Source of the DNA: an uncultured Verrucomicrobiae bacterium
GTDB taxonomy: Bacteria > Verrucomicrobiota > Verrucomicrobiia > Chthoniobacterales > JAFAMB01
DNA length: 64,000 nucleotides
Direction of reading: 5' to 3'
Assembly (NCBI GenBank): GCA_963762565.1
Contig: CAVXLD010000001.1
Span: forward strand, 160,001-224,000
Below the pieces are notes generated by a model, which did no database searches, was not told the DNA's origin, and saw only the letters and a list, made by a program, of their open reading frames with translations. Position 1 is the stretch's first letter. Each line of letters opens with the position of its first letter. A program made the position numbers and the translations under genes. Below are positions 50,599 through 60,584 of this stretch, one piece after another.

Positions 50599-51815
50599 CG
50601 CGATACCGGTGCCGCTGGCTAGTGACAATGCAGGGTGAGCCGCTGGAGAACGGGGCTTTTGCTATTGAAAATAACCGGTTCGTCGAGGTTGGACCCGCGT
50701 CCCAGCTACTAGACAGAGATTCCGGTGGATTTGTCGATCTCGGGGAATGTATCGTCCTGCCGGGTTTGATCAACGCGCATTGTCACCTGGACTACAGCTC
50801 ACTTCGGGGGAGCATTTTGCCGTCTCGAAACTTCCCCCAATGGATCAGCCGGATCAATTCGTTGAAACGGTCACTCAGTGGTGACGATTACCTCGAAGCC
50901 ATGGACCTTGGGTTCGCCGAACTGCGACGCTCAGGGGTCACCTCTGTATTCGATATTGTAGCCACTCCGCAGATCCTGCCCCGTCTAACGCCGCCTCGTA
51001 TCCGAACGTGGTTTTTCCTGGAACTGATCGACATAAGACCGCGTCCTTGGATCGACGATAGCGCTTTTGGTTCGTGGTTATTTTTCGAGCCGAGCGATTG
51101 GCTCGGTGGCTTCGGTCTGAGCCCGCATGCGCCGTACACCGCTTCGGCCGAACTCTATTCAGCTGCGCTAGCTGCTGCACACAATTTCAAAATGCCGTTC
51201 ACGACTCATGTCTCAGAATCGGCGTCGGAATACGAAATGTTTGCCAAGGGCAAAGGTGATCTGTTTGATTTCCTGAGCAAAATGAACCGGCCCATGACCG
51301 ATTGCGGCCGGCTCTCGCCCTTCCGAGCGTTAGCGTTGTCCGGTCTCTTACCGAAAGACGCTTTATTAGTTCATATGAACGAACTGGATGAAGCAGATCT
51401 GGAGATTCTCGGTCGTGACGAGTGGCGGTCCCTTTCCATCGTTAATTGTCCAAAGAGTAGTCGTTTTCTGCATCACCGGCAGTTCCCCATGCAGGCCTTG
51501 CGAGAACGAGGCTTCAACATCTGTCTAGGAACCGACAGTTTGGCCAGCAACGATTCTTTGAATTTATTCGCAGAAATGCGGATGGCGGCACGAAATCATG
51601 ATTTCGTGAGCCCAAAGGAACTGTTAGAAATGGTAACAGTGAGGCCCGCCCGCGCGATTGGTTTGGAGGGATCACTAGGGCAGATCGCACCCGGGTATCT
51701 GGCAGATGCTATCAGTATTCCTTTTGGCGGTGGTTATCGGAGCATTTATGAGGAAATCATTGATTACCGGGACGATGTATTATGGATGATGGTCGATGGA
51801 AAACAGGTAGCTTAG
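50595..51815 (+). CDS. Amidohydrolase/deaminase family protein
   Basis: PGLINAHCH, SPHAPY, HVSE, GTDS. Confidence 0.88.
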   Translation: MTRYRCRWLVTMQGEPLENGAFAIENNRFVEVGPASQLLDRDSGGFVDLGECIVLPGLINAHCHLDYSSLRGSILPSRNFPQWISRINSLKRSLSGDDYLEAMDLGFAELRRSGVTSVFDIVATPQILPRLTPPRIRTWFFLELIDIRPRPWIDDSAFGSWLFFEPSDWLGGFGLSPHAPYTASAELYSAALAAAHNFKMPFTTHVSESASEYEMFAKGKGDLFDFLSKMNRPMTDCGRLSPFRALALSGLLPKDALLVHMNELDEADLEILGRDEWRSLSIVNCPKSSRFLHHRQFPMQALRERGFNICLGTDSLASNDSLNLFAEMRMAARNHDFVSPKELLEMVTVRPARAIGLEGSLGQIAPGYLADAISIPFGGGYRSIYEEIIDYRDDVLWMMVDGKQVA

Positions 51816-52666
51816 CCCTGGCGGCTCTGCTGACGTTCTTAGTGCAAGGCGCGAGATCCCAGGATTTGTCTTTGGCCGCCCAAAGCGCAGCCGTGGTTGA
51901 TTCTTACTCCGGCGAATTTCTTTACACGAAAAACGCCGATGCCAAAGAATACCCGGCGAGCTCCACCAAGATTTTGACGGCGCTGATCGTGATCGAGGCT
52001 GGCAATCTTGACCAAGTGGTAACGGTGGCTCCGGAAGATACCAAGGTCGAACCTAGCAGCCTCGATCTGAAACCGGGACAACAATTTACGCGGCGCCAAC
52101 TACTCTTCGGCATGCTGCTCAAGAGCGCCAATGACGTTGCCATGTGCTTAGCCAGAGATAATGCCGGTTCCGTCCCTGCGTTCGCCGAAAAGATGAATTT
52201 GCGGGCAGCCGAACTAGGAGCAACCTCCAGTCATTTTGTTAATCCACACGGCCTCCATGATCCCAATCACTATACGACGGCTCATGATCTGGTCCTCATC
52301 GCGCGCGCAGCGATGCAACAGCCGCTGTTCCGTCAGATTGTTTCAACTATCTACTACACTTGGCGAACTCCCAACGGCGAAGTGGACCAGCTACGCAACC
52401 ATAACCGGTTACTCCGGCATTTCGCAGGCTGTAACGGGCTGAAAACCGGTTATACCCGGGCCGCACAGCAGGTTCTGGTGAGCTCCGCTTTGCGGGGTGG
52501 TCACGAGGTGGTCGCGGTTGTGCTTCATACCGACAAACCCGGCATCTGGGTCGATAGCAAGACCCTCTTGACCTACGGACTTATTAAGGTGGGGTGTCCA
52601 GCGGAGGATATTGTGGACACCACTGACCGGGTCGACGAGCCGGGCGATGCGGACGAAGGGAAGTGA
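51782..52666 (+). CDS. D-alanyl-D-alanine carboxypeptidase (S11)
   Basis: ASSTK, SAN, NPHGL, KTG. Confidence 0.92.
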   Translation: MDDGRWKTGSLALAALLTFLVQGARSQDLSLAAQSAAVVDSYSGEFLYTKNADAKEYPASSTKILTALIVIEAGNLDQVVTVAPEDTKVEPSSLDLKPGQQFTRRQLLFGMLLKSANDVAMCLARDNAGSVPAFAEKMNLRAAELGATSSHFVNPHGLHDPNHYTTAHDLVLIARAAMQQPLFRQIVSTIYYTWRTPNGEVDQLRNHNRLLRHFAGCNGLKTGYTRAAQQVLVSSALRGGHEVVAVVLHTDKPGIWVDSKTLLTYGLIKVGCPAEDIVDTTDRVDEPGDADEGK

Positions 52667-52703
52667 CTTTGGCGTTTGGCGTGTCGGCGGACGGGACCGC
52701 AAT

Positions 52704-52988
52704 TTGGTGGGGCGAGGCTCCCGAACGGAAGATGTACTTTCACAGCGCCCCTCGCTGAACCTCATGAGTTGTCGGCAACACCGATGGACCGCCGAGCCGT
52801 CGGTCTGCAGCGTTTCAATACCCCGTTAGAATGAAGAACGTGCGTAGCAGATGCTTCAGATGCGCTGATTAGTTGTACGCGCTGGGACGCGGCTCGGCAC
52901 GCCAATCGGCGAAACCTCGCGCGCAGTTTCGCAAAATCGAGCCTCTTTGTCGGAGATTTTAGGTCACTCGGGAGCCTCGCCCCACCAA
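52704..52988. repeat. Inverted doublet of ~97-bp GGGCGAGGCTCC...GCCGAGCC arms (copy 1)
   Basis: TTGGTGGGGCGAGGCTCCCGA / TCGGGAGCCTCGCCCCACCAA ends, inner GCCGAGCCG / CGGCTCGGC. Confidence 0.85.
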
Positions 52989-53132
52989 CGTTGGGCCGCT
53001 ACACGCGGATGCTCACAGATTCTTCCTCCGCATCCCATGCCGTAACCGACTCAAAATCAAGCAATTGCGTCTATTACGGCGACCCCCTTGCAGTTTCTGT
53101 GCCACTCTCCTACTATTCACTCACGACAACTT

Positions 53133-54539
53133 ATGCCCGGCCCAGGAATGCAACAGATACAAGGGATAGGACTGCAGCAAGTTCTTGCTCCGCAGCTGCA
53201 GCAAAGTTTGCAAATTCTGCAGGCCCCCACCCTGGAGCTCAAGAATATCGTCCAACAGGAGCTTCAAACGAACCCCGTCCTCGAGGAGGACCCAAGCGTT
53301 GAAGAAGCCGAGGACCGATCCTCAGACGAAGCTGATTTTCAGGAAGAATTCGAGAAGCTGGCAAAGCTGGATGAAGAATGGCGAGATTATATGGCGCAGA
53401 ACGTCTCTTACTCTGGGCGAAGCCAGGAAGACGAAGAGCGCCGCCAGTTTTTCCTCGACTCTCTCGCGAATCAGGAAACGCTCCAGCAGCATCTATTGGA
53501 GCAGCTGAACACTGCTGATATCGATGCGAAGAAACGAAAAGCCGCCGAGCTCCTGATCGGTAACATTGATGATGTTGGCTTTCTTTCGGCTCCCCTGGAC
53601 GAGATCGCCAATCTTTCCGGGACCCCGATAGAAGATTTGCTGGAAGCCCTCGAACTGCTGCAAACCTTCCATCCCGTTGGGGTCGGCGCTCGAGACCTTA
53701 GAGATTGCCTCCTCATCCAGTTGCGACGGGTCGGAAAGGCCCAGAGCCTTGAATACCAGATCGTCGACCAATATCTCGATGACCTGGGCCGTAAGCGGTA
53801 TCCGGACATTGCCAGACGTCTTGGGGTGACCGTCGACCAAGTGCAAAAGGGGGCCAATTTCATTGCCACTCTTGACCCAAAACCGGGTCAGATTTTTTCA
53901 CCGGAACCCAACAGCTACGTACTGCCAGATGTGGTGGTCGAAAAAGTCGGTGATGAGTATGTGGTCTCTCTCACCGGCGATCAAATCCCTCATCTGAGGA
54001 TCAATAAAACGTATCGAGATTTGATGACGCAGGGTCGCAACGGAGGCGAAGTCAGAGACTACATCCGAGAGAAAATCAGGAGCGGAAAGTTCCTAATAAA
54101 GAGTATCCACCAGCGGCAACAGACCATCCTGAATATCGCGAACGAGATCGTCAAACGGCAACGCGATTTTCTTGATTATGGAACGGCCTTTCTTAAGCCA
54201 ATGACGATGGTGCAAATCGCGGACACGGTGGGTGTACACGAGACCACGGTCAGCCGGGCAATCTCAGGCAAGTACATCGCGACGCCACAAGGGGTTGTGG
54301 AAATGAAGTTTTTCTTCACCCCGGGCTATCAGACCTACGACGGCGTCGCTCTAAGCAACACCAGCGTAAAGGAAACCATTGGGGATTTGGTTCGCAATGA
54401 GGACACTCGCATGCCGCTGAGTGACAAAGAAATTGTGGAAATCCTCTCAGAACGAGGTATCCCAATAGCGCGTCGGACCGTCGCCAAGTACAGGGCCGAG
54501 CTGAACATTCTTCCCAGCAATCTGCGAAAACAATTTTAG
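53133..54539 (+). CDS. rpoN: RNA polymerase sigma-54 factor
   Basis: LQQSLQILQ, HETTVSRA, RpoN box ARRTVAKYR. Confidence 0.97.
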   Translation: MPGPGMQQIQGIGLQQVLAPQLQQSLQILQAPTLELKNIVQQELQTNPVLEEDPSVEEAEDRSSDEADFQEEFEKLAKLDEEWRDYMAQNVSYSGRSQEDEERRQFFLDSLANQETLQQHLLEQLNTADIDAKKRKAAELLIGNIDDVGFLSAPLDEIANLSGTPIEDLLEALELLQTFHPVGVGARDLRDCLLIQLRRVGKAQSLEYQIVDQYLDDLGRKRYPDIARRLGVTVDQVQKGANFIATLDPKPGQIFSPEPNSYVLPDVVVEKVGDEYVVSLTGDQIPHLRINKTYRDLMTQGRNGGEVRDYIREKIRSGKFLIKSIHQRQQTILNIANEIVKRQRDFLDYGTAFLKPMTMVQIADTVGVHETTVSRAISGKYIATPQGVVEMKFFFTPGYQTYDGVALSNTSVKETIGDLVRNEDTRMPLSDKEIVEILSERGIPIARRTVAKYRAELNILPSNLRKQF

Positions 54540-55304
54540 GTGCGAATTCTAATCGTTCTTCTATGGATAGGGGTATTCACGTCGTCATTAGCCAAGGAAG
54601 CCCAATTTCGTTTTCCTCAAGACACGTTCTCTTTCTCGAATAACCTCTACTTCGATTATCATCCGGATCAGTCAGGGCACATCATCATCAGCCGCCGGGC
54701 CCCGGGGAAGATCCCGGATTACTCACGTCATTGCTTCGCCCTAGTACGGTCGGTCCTGCAGTTTAGCCGGTTCGCCGAGTTCGATCCTAAACTCCCGAAG
54801 GTTAGCGAAGAGGAATATCGGCAAAGGGTCCTCCGATTAGACCGATACGCTCCATACGGGCCTGGTCCGGCCAAGAAAATTGTGTTTCCCGGATATCCGA
54901 ATCTTTACCAGTTCTCGGCCCATCACACCCTGATGCTACAAAAGAACCTCGGCCTATGGTGGCCGGGATATTGGCGGGTGGGCAACTGGCGAATCGTGTT
55001 TCCGGCTCCTCGTTCCGGTCAAGAACAGTTTGCGCAATGGTTACGCCAACATCTTGACACAGGCCAGATCGAAGCCGTGTACATCACACGATTTCGGCCG
55101 ATCAACCATTGTTTAGTAGCCTACCGTTATACCACCGAACGAAATAGCGACCTGTTATTCTTTGTCTACGACGTCAACCAACCGGGAAAGATAGTTCATC
55201 TGCGGTATCACGTGGCCAATCGAAGCTTCTATTTTGACCCGAGCTGGTATTACGCCGGAGGGTTAGTTTCCGCCATGAAGTTGTACGTCTCGCCGCTGAT
55301 GTAA
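54540..55304 (+). CDS. Hypothetical secreted protein (Cys/His/Asp pattern, possibly papain-like fold)
   Basis: Signal peptide; abuts rpoN; RHCF...INHCL...YDVN. Confidence 0.6.
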   Translation: MRILIVLLWIGVFTSSLAKEAQFRFPQDTFSFSNNLYFDYHPDQSGHIIISRRAPGKIPDYSRHCFALVRSVLQFSRFAEFDPKLPKVSEEEYRQRVLRLDRYAPYGPGPAKKIVFPGYPNLYQFSAHHTLMLQKNLGLWWPGYWRVGNWRIVFPAPRSGQEQFAQWLRQHLDTGQIEAVYITRFRPINHCLVAYRYTTERNSDLLFFVYDVNQPGKIVHLRYHVANRSFYFDPSWYYAGGLVSAMKLYVSPLM

Positions 55305-55317
55305 GGGGCCAGAAAAG

Positions 55318-55558
55318 TTGGTGGGGCGAGGCTCCGGAACTACGATTTTGTGTTCACAGGGGAGTTGATGCACTTAACCCAGCGCTCACAATTTCGATAC
55401 GCTGCCGAGCCGCTGTTCTGTCGTGTGGCCGGCACCTTATTCCATGGGAGATCAGGGGAATCGGCTCGGCGGTCCTTCCGGCCTAACGTTGCGTCCGGCG
55501 TCAAATCATCGAGGTCTCCGATATAGCGTCCGGTCTTTCGGGAGCCTCGCCCCACTAA
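55318..55558. repeat. Inverted doublet, copy 2
   Basis: Same terminal and inner motifs as 52704-52988. Confidence 0.85.
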
Positions 55559-55697
55559 TGCCCGCCGTTTCGCCCATTCGTTGCGTTTTGGTGGTTACAG
55601 TAATTGTTGCGTTCTTTCCGGTAGAAAAATCGGGAAAAGCAAGATAAAAATATAACGCCATCTCCCGCAGGCGTGTTATCATAAAGGCGATTGTATC

Positions 55698-57329
55698 ATG
55701 TCTTTCTTCTCCTGGTTCAGGTCGAAATCGGATAAATCAGAGCAAGATGAGTTGGAGTTGAAGGGTTCGAACGAGTCTCCAGAAAGGCAGGCTGATCCCG
55801 AACACCCTCCATTTCAATCGTCGCGCGTACCCCCGCCGCGTCTCCGGGAAACAGTCCCCGGAAGTAGGTCAAAAACGGCATCACCGGTTGAGCCAAGTAC
55901 CGAGACCAAAGAAGGCTTCCGTCGCCCGGTACGAGCGACCGTGGACGTACCGTTGCAAGCGTTGCTCTTACAACTGCCACCGGAAGTAACTAAATCTAAC
56001 ATTGATATCGACCCAAAACGTCGGGTGCAAATTCCCCGTAAATCGGTGCAAATTGATGAAGCGCACCAGACAGCAAAGGTTACTTTCGCTACCCTTTTTG
56101 CATCCTGCCCAGAAATTTTCTCGGCGCCAATTGCTCCTCTCGATCAGCGAACCCTCGATTTTAATCTCCCTGCTTGGGAAAGATCAAGATCAGCGGACTC
56201 AGGCGAACGAACGACCAGCCCAACCGCGAAGACGAAGAGCGAATCGCCAGCTCCACCCGATCGGTTGACTCCTGTCGCTGGCGAAAGGTTGCGTGGGGAA
56301 AAACCACCGATTCCCAGCCCTGAGAAGCCCGACGAAGCGCACCTGGGAGGTGCTGCCCGAAACGGTTCTGAGGTCCCGAAAACCGTGCGCGTGGCACTCG
56401 GCCCAATCATCAAGAATCTGCCGCCAGAGCTGCAGCCTTCGGAACCAAACGCGCTCGCTAACAAACCGGGGGCCACAATCGAACTCCCGTTGGCATTGAT
56501 TAACTCTCAACTCGCAAATGGCCGGGTAACAATCCCCTTTTCAGCGTTGTTGCAATCGTTGCCGGAAGACGTGAAGAGCCATTTTCCACAGGCCGATACG
56601 ACTGCGGAAGTTACCATCCCGATTAAAGAAATTCTGCAAGACTATCCGCAGGATCTATTGCGTCCACGAGCGGATCAAGAACCAGAAGAGGTTCTACCAG
56701 CAATATCGACCCCTTTCACCGGTCCAGCGAAAGAGGATACCGAACGTTTTGCCCACGCTCCAGAACAGCCAGAAACCGAGAAGCTGGCTACCGACAGTCA
56801 TCAACTCGAGCTTATCGAACACCCGGTAACACCAAGCGATTCACCACAGCCTGTATCTAAGGAATCATCGGTTGCCGAGGCGCCTTCGGTTGTCGAGGAA
56901 AAACCGGCCACAGAGGCAGCACCAACCGTTCAAGCCAAGCCGGCACCTAACTTCTCAGCACTGCAGTCTGTATTTTTAACGGATGAAGCATTGGACTTGA
57001 ACAAGGTTGTTCAAAAAGTGGGCCAGCTTCCGGGGATAAATTCTGCCCTGTTTTTTGCAGCAGACGGCAGTCTCGAAGGTGAACCAGAAAAACTGGGCCT
57101 TACTCAATCATCGGTGCAATTGCTTTCCAGCCTTACCCACGAGATTGGACAACGCGTCGAGAATTTGGGGTTCGGTCAAATCGAAACCGTCACGCTCGGT
57201 TGGAAGCGGGAACTGGTCAGCGTTTTCACCAGGGGCGAGTCCGGCTTTGTCGTCCGTCATGAAAAGAGGCCTTTCAGGCCGGGGGTGCGTGAGAAGATCT
57301 GTCTGGTTCTCAGCCACATCTGCAGCTGA
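55698..57329 (+). CDS. Pro-rich protein with internal repeats and a C-terminal Roadblock/MglB-like domain
   Basis: C-terminal VGQLPGINSALFFAADG...LGFGQIETVTL; directly upstream of mglA. Confidence 0.6.
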   Translation: MSFFSWFRSKSDKSEQDELELKGSNESPERQADPEHPPFQSSRVPPPRLRETVPGSRSKTASPVEPSTETKEGFRRPVRATVDVPLQALLLQLPPEVTKSNIDIDPKRRVQIPRKSVQIDEAHQTAKVTFATLFASCPEIFSAPIAPLDQRTLDFNLPAWERSRSADSGERTTSPTAKTKSESPAPPDRLTPVAGERLRGEKPPIPSPEKPDEAHLGGAARNGSEVPKTVRVALGPIIKNLPPELQPSEPNALANKPGATIELPLALINSQLANGRVTIPFSALLQSLPEDVKSHFPQADTTAEVTIPIKEILQDYPQDLLRPRADQEPEEVLPAISTPFTGPAKEDTERFAHAPEQPETEKLATDSHQLELIEHPVTPSDSPQPVSKESSVAEAPSVVEEKPATEAAPTVQAKPAPNFSALQSVFLTDEALDLNKVVQKVGQLPGINSALFFAADGSLEGEPEKLGLTQSSVQLLSSLTHEIGQRVENLGFGQIETVTLGWKRELVSVFTRGESGFVVRHEKRPFRPGVREKICLVLSHICS

Positions 57330-57362
57330 CTGCGGTTTGCAAGAACCTAGGAAGTTTGGCGA

Positions 57363-58007
57363 ATGCCGATCATAAATTACGCGAGCAAAGAAATTCAGTT
57401 CAAGATCGTCTATTACGGGCCGGCCCTGAGCGGCAAAACGACTACCATTGCCTATATCCATTCGAGGTTGCCGGCTGCGTTTCGAGGAGATTTGGTGTCG
57501 TTGGCCACCGCGGCAGACCGCACCCTCTTTTTCGATTTCTTGCCGGTTGAGGCAGTGATCTTGCAAGGCTTCAAAACCAAATTCCAGCTCTACACCGTTC
57601 CGGGGCAGGTGGTGTACAATACAACCCGGCAGTTAGTCTTACGCAGCGTTGACGGCATCGTATTTGTGGCCGATTCGCACTGGGACAAGATCCACGAAGA
57701 TGTGGAGAGTTTCCGAAATCTCGAGGAAAACCTTCGCAAACAGCATCTCTCATTGGACGAGATCCCGTATGTTCTGCAGTACAACAAACGTGACTTGCCC
57801 GATGCGGCTCCGGTGTCGTACTTAGAATTTTTGCTGAATAACCGGCGCCGACGCGCCCGAAGTTACGAAGCGATCGCAACGAAAGGACGGAGCGTCTTCG
57901 CTGCATTAGATGCCGTGACCCAAAGCGTTCTTAACCGGTTCATTCAAGAGAATCACCTTCTCAGGCCGATGCCGGCCAGAGAGAGCGCTGGGGCGGGGAG
58001 AGTGTGA
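57363..58007 (+). CDS. mglA: MglA-family small Ras-like GTPase
   Basis: KIVYYGPALSGKTT, DRTLFFDFLP, TVPGQ, QYNKRDLP. Confidence 0.93.
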   Translation: MPIINYASKEIQFKIVYYGPALSGKTTTIAYIHSRLPAAFRGDLVSLATAADRTLFFDFLPVEAVILQGFKTKFQLYTVPGQVVYNTTRQLVLRSVDGIVFVADSHWDKIHEDVESFRNLEENLRKQHLSLDEIPYVLQYNKRDLPDAAPVSYLEFLLNNRRRRARSYEAIATKGRSVFAALDAVTQSVLNRFIQENHLLRPMPARESAGAGRV

Positions 58008-58021
58008 ATGGTGATTGGTGA

Positions 58022-58234
58022 TTGGTGGGGCGAGGCTCCCGAAAGGCCTTTTAGTCTTATCAAGCGGGTCAGTTCTCACCCGGAGATTATGTCCGCTACG
58101 CCGATAAACCCGCCGAGCCGTTGGTCCACGCGAACCATGGCTCGGCAGCGTTTCGGCATAGGTCGTATCGTGGTGAGGATCTTCCCCCTGCCTTGCGATC
58201 GTCATCAGGCCTTTCCGGAGCCTCGCCCTACCAA
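58022..58234. repeat. Inverted doublet, copy 3, preceded by (GTGATTG)n
   Basis: Same terminal and inner motifs. Confidence 0.85.
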
Positions 58235-58279
58235 TTACCCGCAGTTGCGCTTCTTGCCACCCTCATATATGTGTCCGAA

Positions 58280-58945
58280 ATGATCGACTACATGCAAAAG
58301 GGTGGGCCGCTGATGTGGCTTATCCTCCTGTGTAGCGCTGTCACGGTGGCGGTCTTCGTCGAGCGGTTGCTTTATTTCCATCGTGCCAACATCAATCTTG
58401 GCGAATTTCTCCAGGGATTGGCAAATCTGGTTCGAAACCGTAATCTGACCGAGGCTCGAATCGAGTGTCAGACCACCTCCGTCCCAGTAACACGAGTGCT
58501 GCATGCTGCATTGTCTCGCCCTCATCTTTCGCGCTCAGAACTCCGCGAGATTGTCGAAGAAGCCGCTCAGATCGAAATGCCTCGTCTCGAACGCAATCTC
58601 GACCTTCTGGTTGGGATTGCTTACGTCTCCCCTTTAATCGGGCTTCTAGGTACGGTGACCGGCTTAATCCAAGCCTTCGTCCAGCTCTCTGCCAGCAACG
58701 GATATGCAACCCTGGCCGATGTCTCGAGCGGGGTTTACCAAAGCCTGCTCACAACGGCCGCCAGCTTGGCCGTCGCGATTCCGACCATCTTGGCCTACTG
58801 CTTTCTTTCCTCCAGGCTGAACGCGTTGATGCACGAAATGGAAAGGGCCGGGATTGAAATCGTGAATATCCTGACCGACACGGAGACGCCTGCATCCATC
58901 ATCGAGTTCGACCCATCGTCCCAAGCAGCCAGTGAAAAGAGATGA
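58280..58945 (+). CDS. MotA/TolQ/ExbB proton channel protein
   Basis: GGPLMW, SPLIGLLGTVTGLI, LLTTA.SLAVAIP. Confidence 0.92.
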   Translation: MIDYMQKGGPLMWLILLCSAVTVAVFVERLLYFHRANINLGEFLQGLANLVRNRNLTEARIECQTTSVPVTRVLHAALSRPHLSRSELREIVEEAAQIEMPRLERNLDLLVGIAYVSPLIGLLGTVTGLIQAFVQLSASNGYATLADVSSGVYQSLLTTAASLAVAIPTILAYCFLSSRLNALMHEMERAGIEIVNILTDTETPASIIEFDPSSQAASEKR

Positions 58946-59346
58946 AGCTCGAAAGAGCAGTCCGGCTCAATCCCTACCTTCTGTTTATCGTTCCTCTGGT
59001 AGAAGTCGTTTGTCTGCTGCTGCTATTGTTTGTGGTTAGCTCCACATTCTTAGTACACCCTGGCATCAGCGTAAACCTGCCATTCTCAAAATTCACCTTA
59101 GGTACCGTCGGAAACTCGGTGATCGTCACGGTAACCGCGGGCCCCTTCCCCCGGATCTATTATCGAGATCAAGCCGTAACCTTAGACGAGTTACGGACAG
59201 CATTCGAAAAAGACCCGGTAACTGATAAGTCAGTCATAATAAGGGCGGATCGGGAGGCGCCTCAAGGCTCTGTGGTTCAAGTTATGAATCTCTGTCTGGA
59301 TCGGGGATACTCGGTGATTCTGGCAACGTCACCCAAATCGCCGTGA
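58942..59346 (+). CDS. ExbD/TolR-family protein
   Basis: IVPLVEVV.LLL (Glu in place of the usual Asp), VNLP, IRADR. Confidence 0.85.
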   Translation: MKLERAVRLNPYLLFIVPLVEVVCLLLLLFVVSSTFLVHPGISVNLPFSKFTLGTVGNSVIVTVTAGPFPRIYYRDQAVTLDELRTAFEKDPVTDKSVIIRADREAPQGSVVQVMNLCLDRGYSVILATSPKSP

Positions 59347-60068
59347 AGCCAGCGGCGCGCTCCCTGCAAAATTCCATTTTCGATTGGGATCGCCCGAGAT
59401 GGAACGGACGGTTGCTGTGGCTAATTGTGTTTTCTTTAGGCCTACACTTCGCGGGACTTTACGTTTTCCATGTTGTTTACCCGTCAACCACTTCTCTGCC
59501 TCCCCCAGCGGCTCAAGTCTCGGTACTGAATCCACAAAACCCACAGGACCGCCGGCTCCTTGATTGGGTGGACCTAAACGATCCGTCTGCGATTAGCGCC
59601 CCCAAAGTAGACGACAGCCTGGTCGCAAAATTAGTCCCGGGTTATCGTCCGACGTTTAGCGACGAGACCCCTGAAATCCGGAAAAGCCAGGCCGGCGCCC
59701 CAGCCCAGGAGGCGGCTACTCCTTCGCTTTTTACTCCCGACAATCTTTTCCCTAGGCAAGTCAGGCCTGCTTCTGTTCAACGGAAGACCAGTTTCGCAAG
59801 CCACCTTGAGTTCGGGCCCGCCTTGGAAAATAGAAAACCGGCCACACCGGAGAGACTCCCGACCAGCCAGCGGCTCTCAGAACCCACGACTTTCTTTGTG
59901 GGAATCAATAAGAAAGGCGAAGTAAAATACCTTTTTCTATTGCGAACTTCGGGAAATGATCAGCTGGATCATCTTGCCGAAGAGGCTGTTAAGCAGCTGA
60001 GATTTCAGCCCGATAACACCGAGAGCTGGGACACGGTTTCGCTGCAGTGGGGCAGCGGCGGGAAGTGA
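59343..60068 (+). CDS. TonB/TolA-like protein
   Basis: SLGLH anchor, Pro-rich linker, TSGNDQLD..A..AV..LRF.P. Confidence 0.7.
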   Translation: MKPAARSLQNSIFDWDRPRWNGRLLWLIVFSLGLHFAGLYVFHVVYPSTTSLPPPAAQVSVLNPQNPQDRRLLDWVDLNDPSAISAPKVDDSLVAKLVPGYRPTFSDETPEIRKSQAGAPAQEAATPSLFTPDNLFPRQVRPASVQRKTSFASHLEFGPALENRKPATPERLPTSQRLSEPTTFFVGINKKGEVKYLFLLRTSGNDQLDHLAEEAVKQLRFQPDNTESWDTVSLQWGSGGK

Positions 60069-60274
60069 TTAGTGATTAGTGATTAGTGATTGGTGATTGG
60101 TGGGGCGCTGGGGCGATGAAAAAACGTGTAACATGGACGCGGACTGGCACTAATACACTTATAAGTCCCGTCTTGTCATAAGCCCCATCGATATCAGCCG
60201 CGCACATCCTTGCTCTAAACGCTTTTCCATCAGCCCAGGCACCCACTAATCACCAATCACTAATCACCAATCAC
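60065..60274. repeat. Inverted heptamer cluster (GTGATTR)n...(YAATCAC)n
   Basis: Direct reading. Confidence 0.85.
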
Positions 60275-60340
60275 CTTCCCTGCCCTATTGACGCACCCGC
60301 CCCTCCGCGGGACGATGTTGGTAGCGGCCACAAACTGTCC

Positions 60341-60580
60341 ATGATTCGTATCGAACTCCCAACCCTGATCTTCATCTATCTTTTTCTTTCTGTGATTGTG
60401 ATCGGCGGCCTCTGGTTGTTCGATGGTTGGCGGGTCCAAAAACGTAAAAAACAAGCCTTGCGTTACGCGGTCCGGTGCACGATTTGTGCCTCTATTTTCG
60501 AAGATAAGACCAATGAGCTGCTACCTCGTTGCCCACGATGCGGCAGCTTAAATGAGAGAAGAAACTTTGGAGGACTTTGA
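60341..60580 (+). CDS. Small membrane-anchored zinc-ribbon protein
   Basis: One TM segment, CTIC...CPRC. Confidence 0.7.
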   Translation: MIRIELPTLIFIYLFLSVIVIGGLWLFDGWRVQKRKKQALRYAVRCTICASIFEDKTNELLPRCPRCGSLNERRNFGGL

Positions 60581-60584
60581 TCAA

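Noticed and set aside
58008..58283. WWGEAPE-starting small ORFs in the doublet arms
   Set aside because: The frame is not maintained across copies (early stop in the 52704 copy), so the motif is nucleotide-level.
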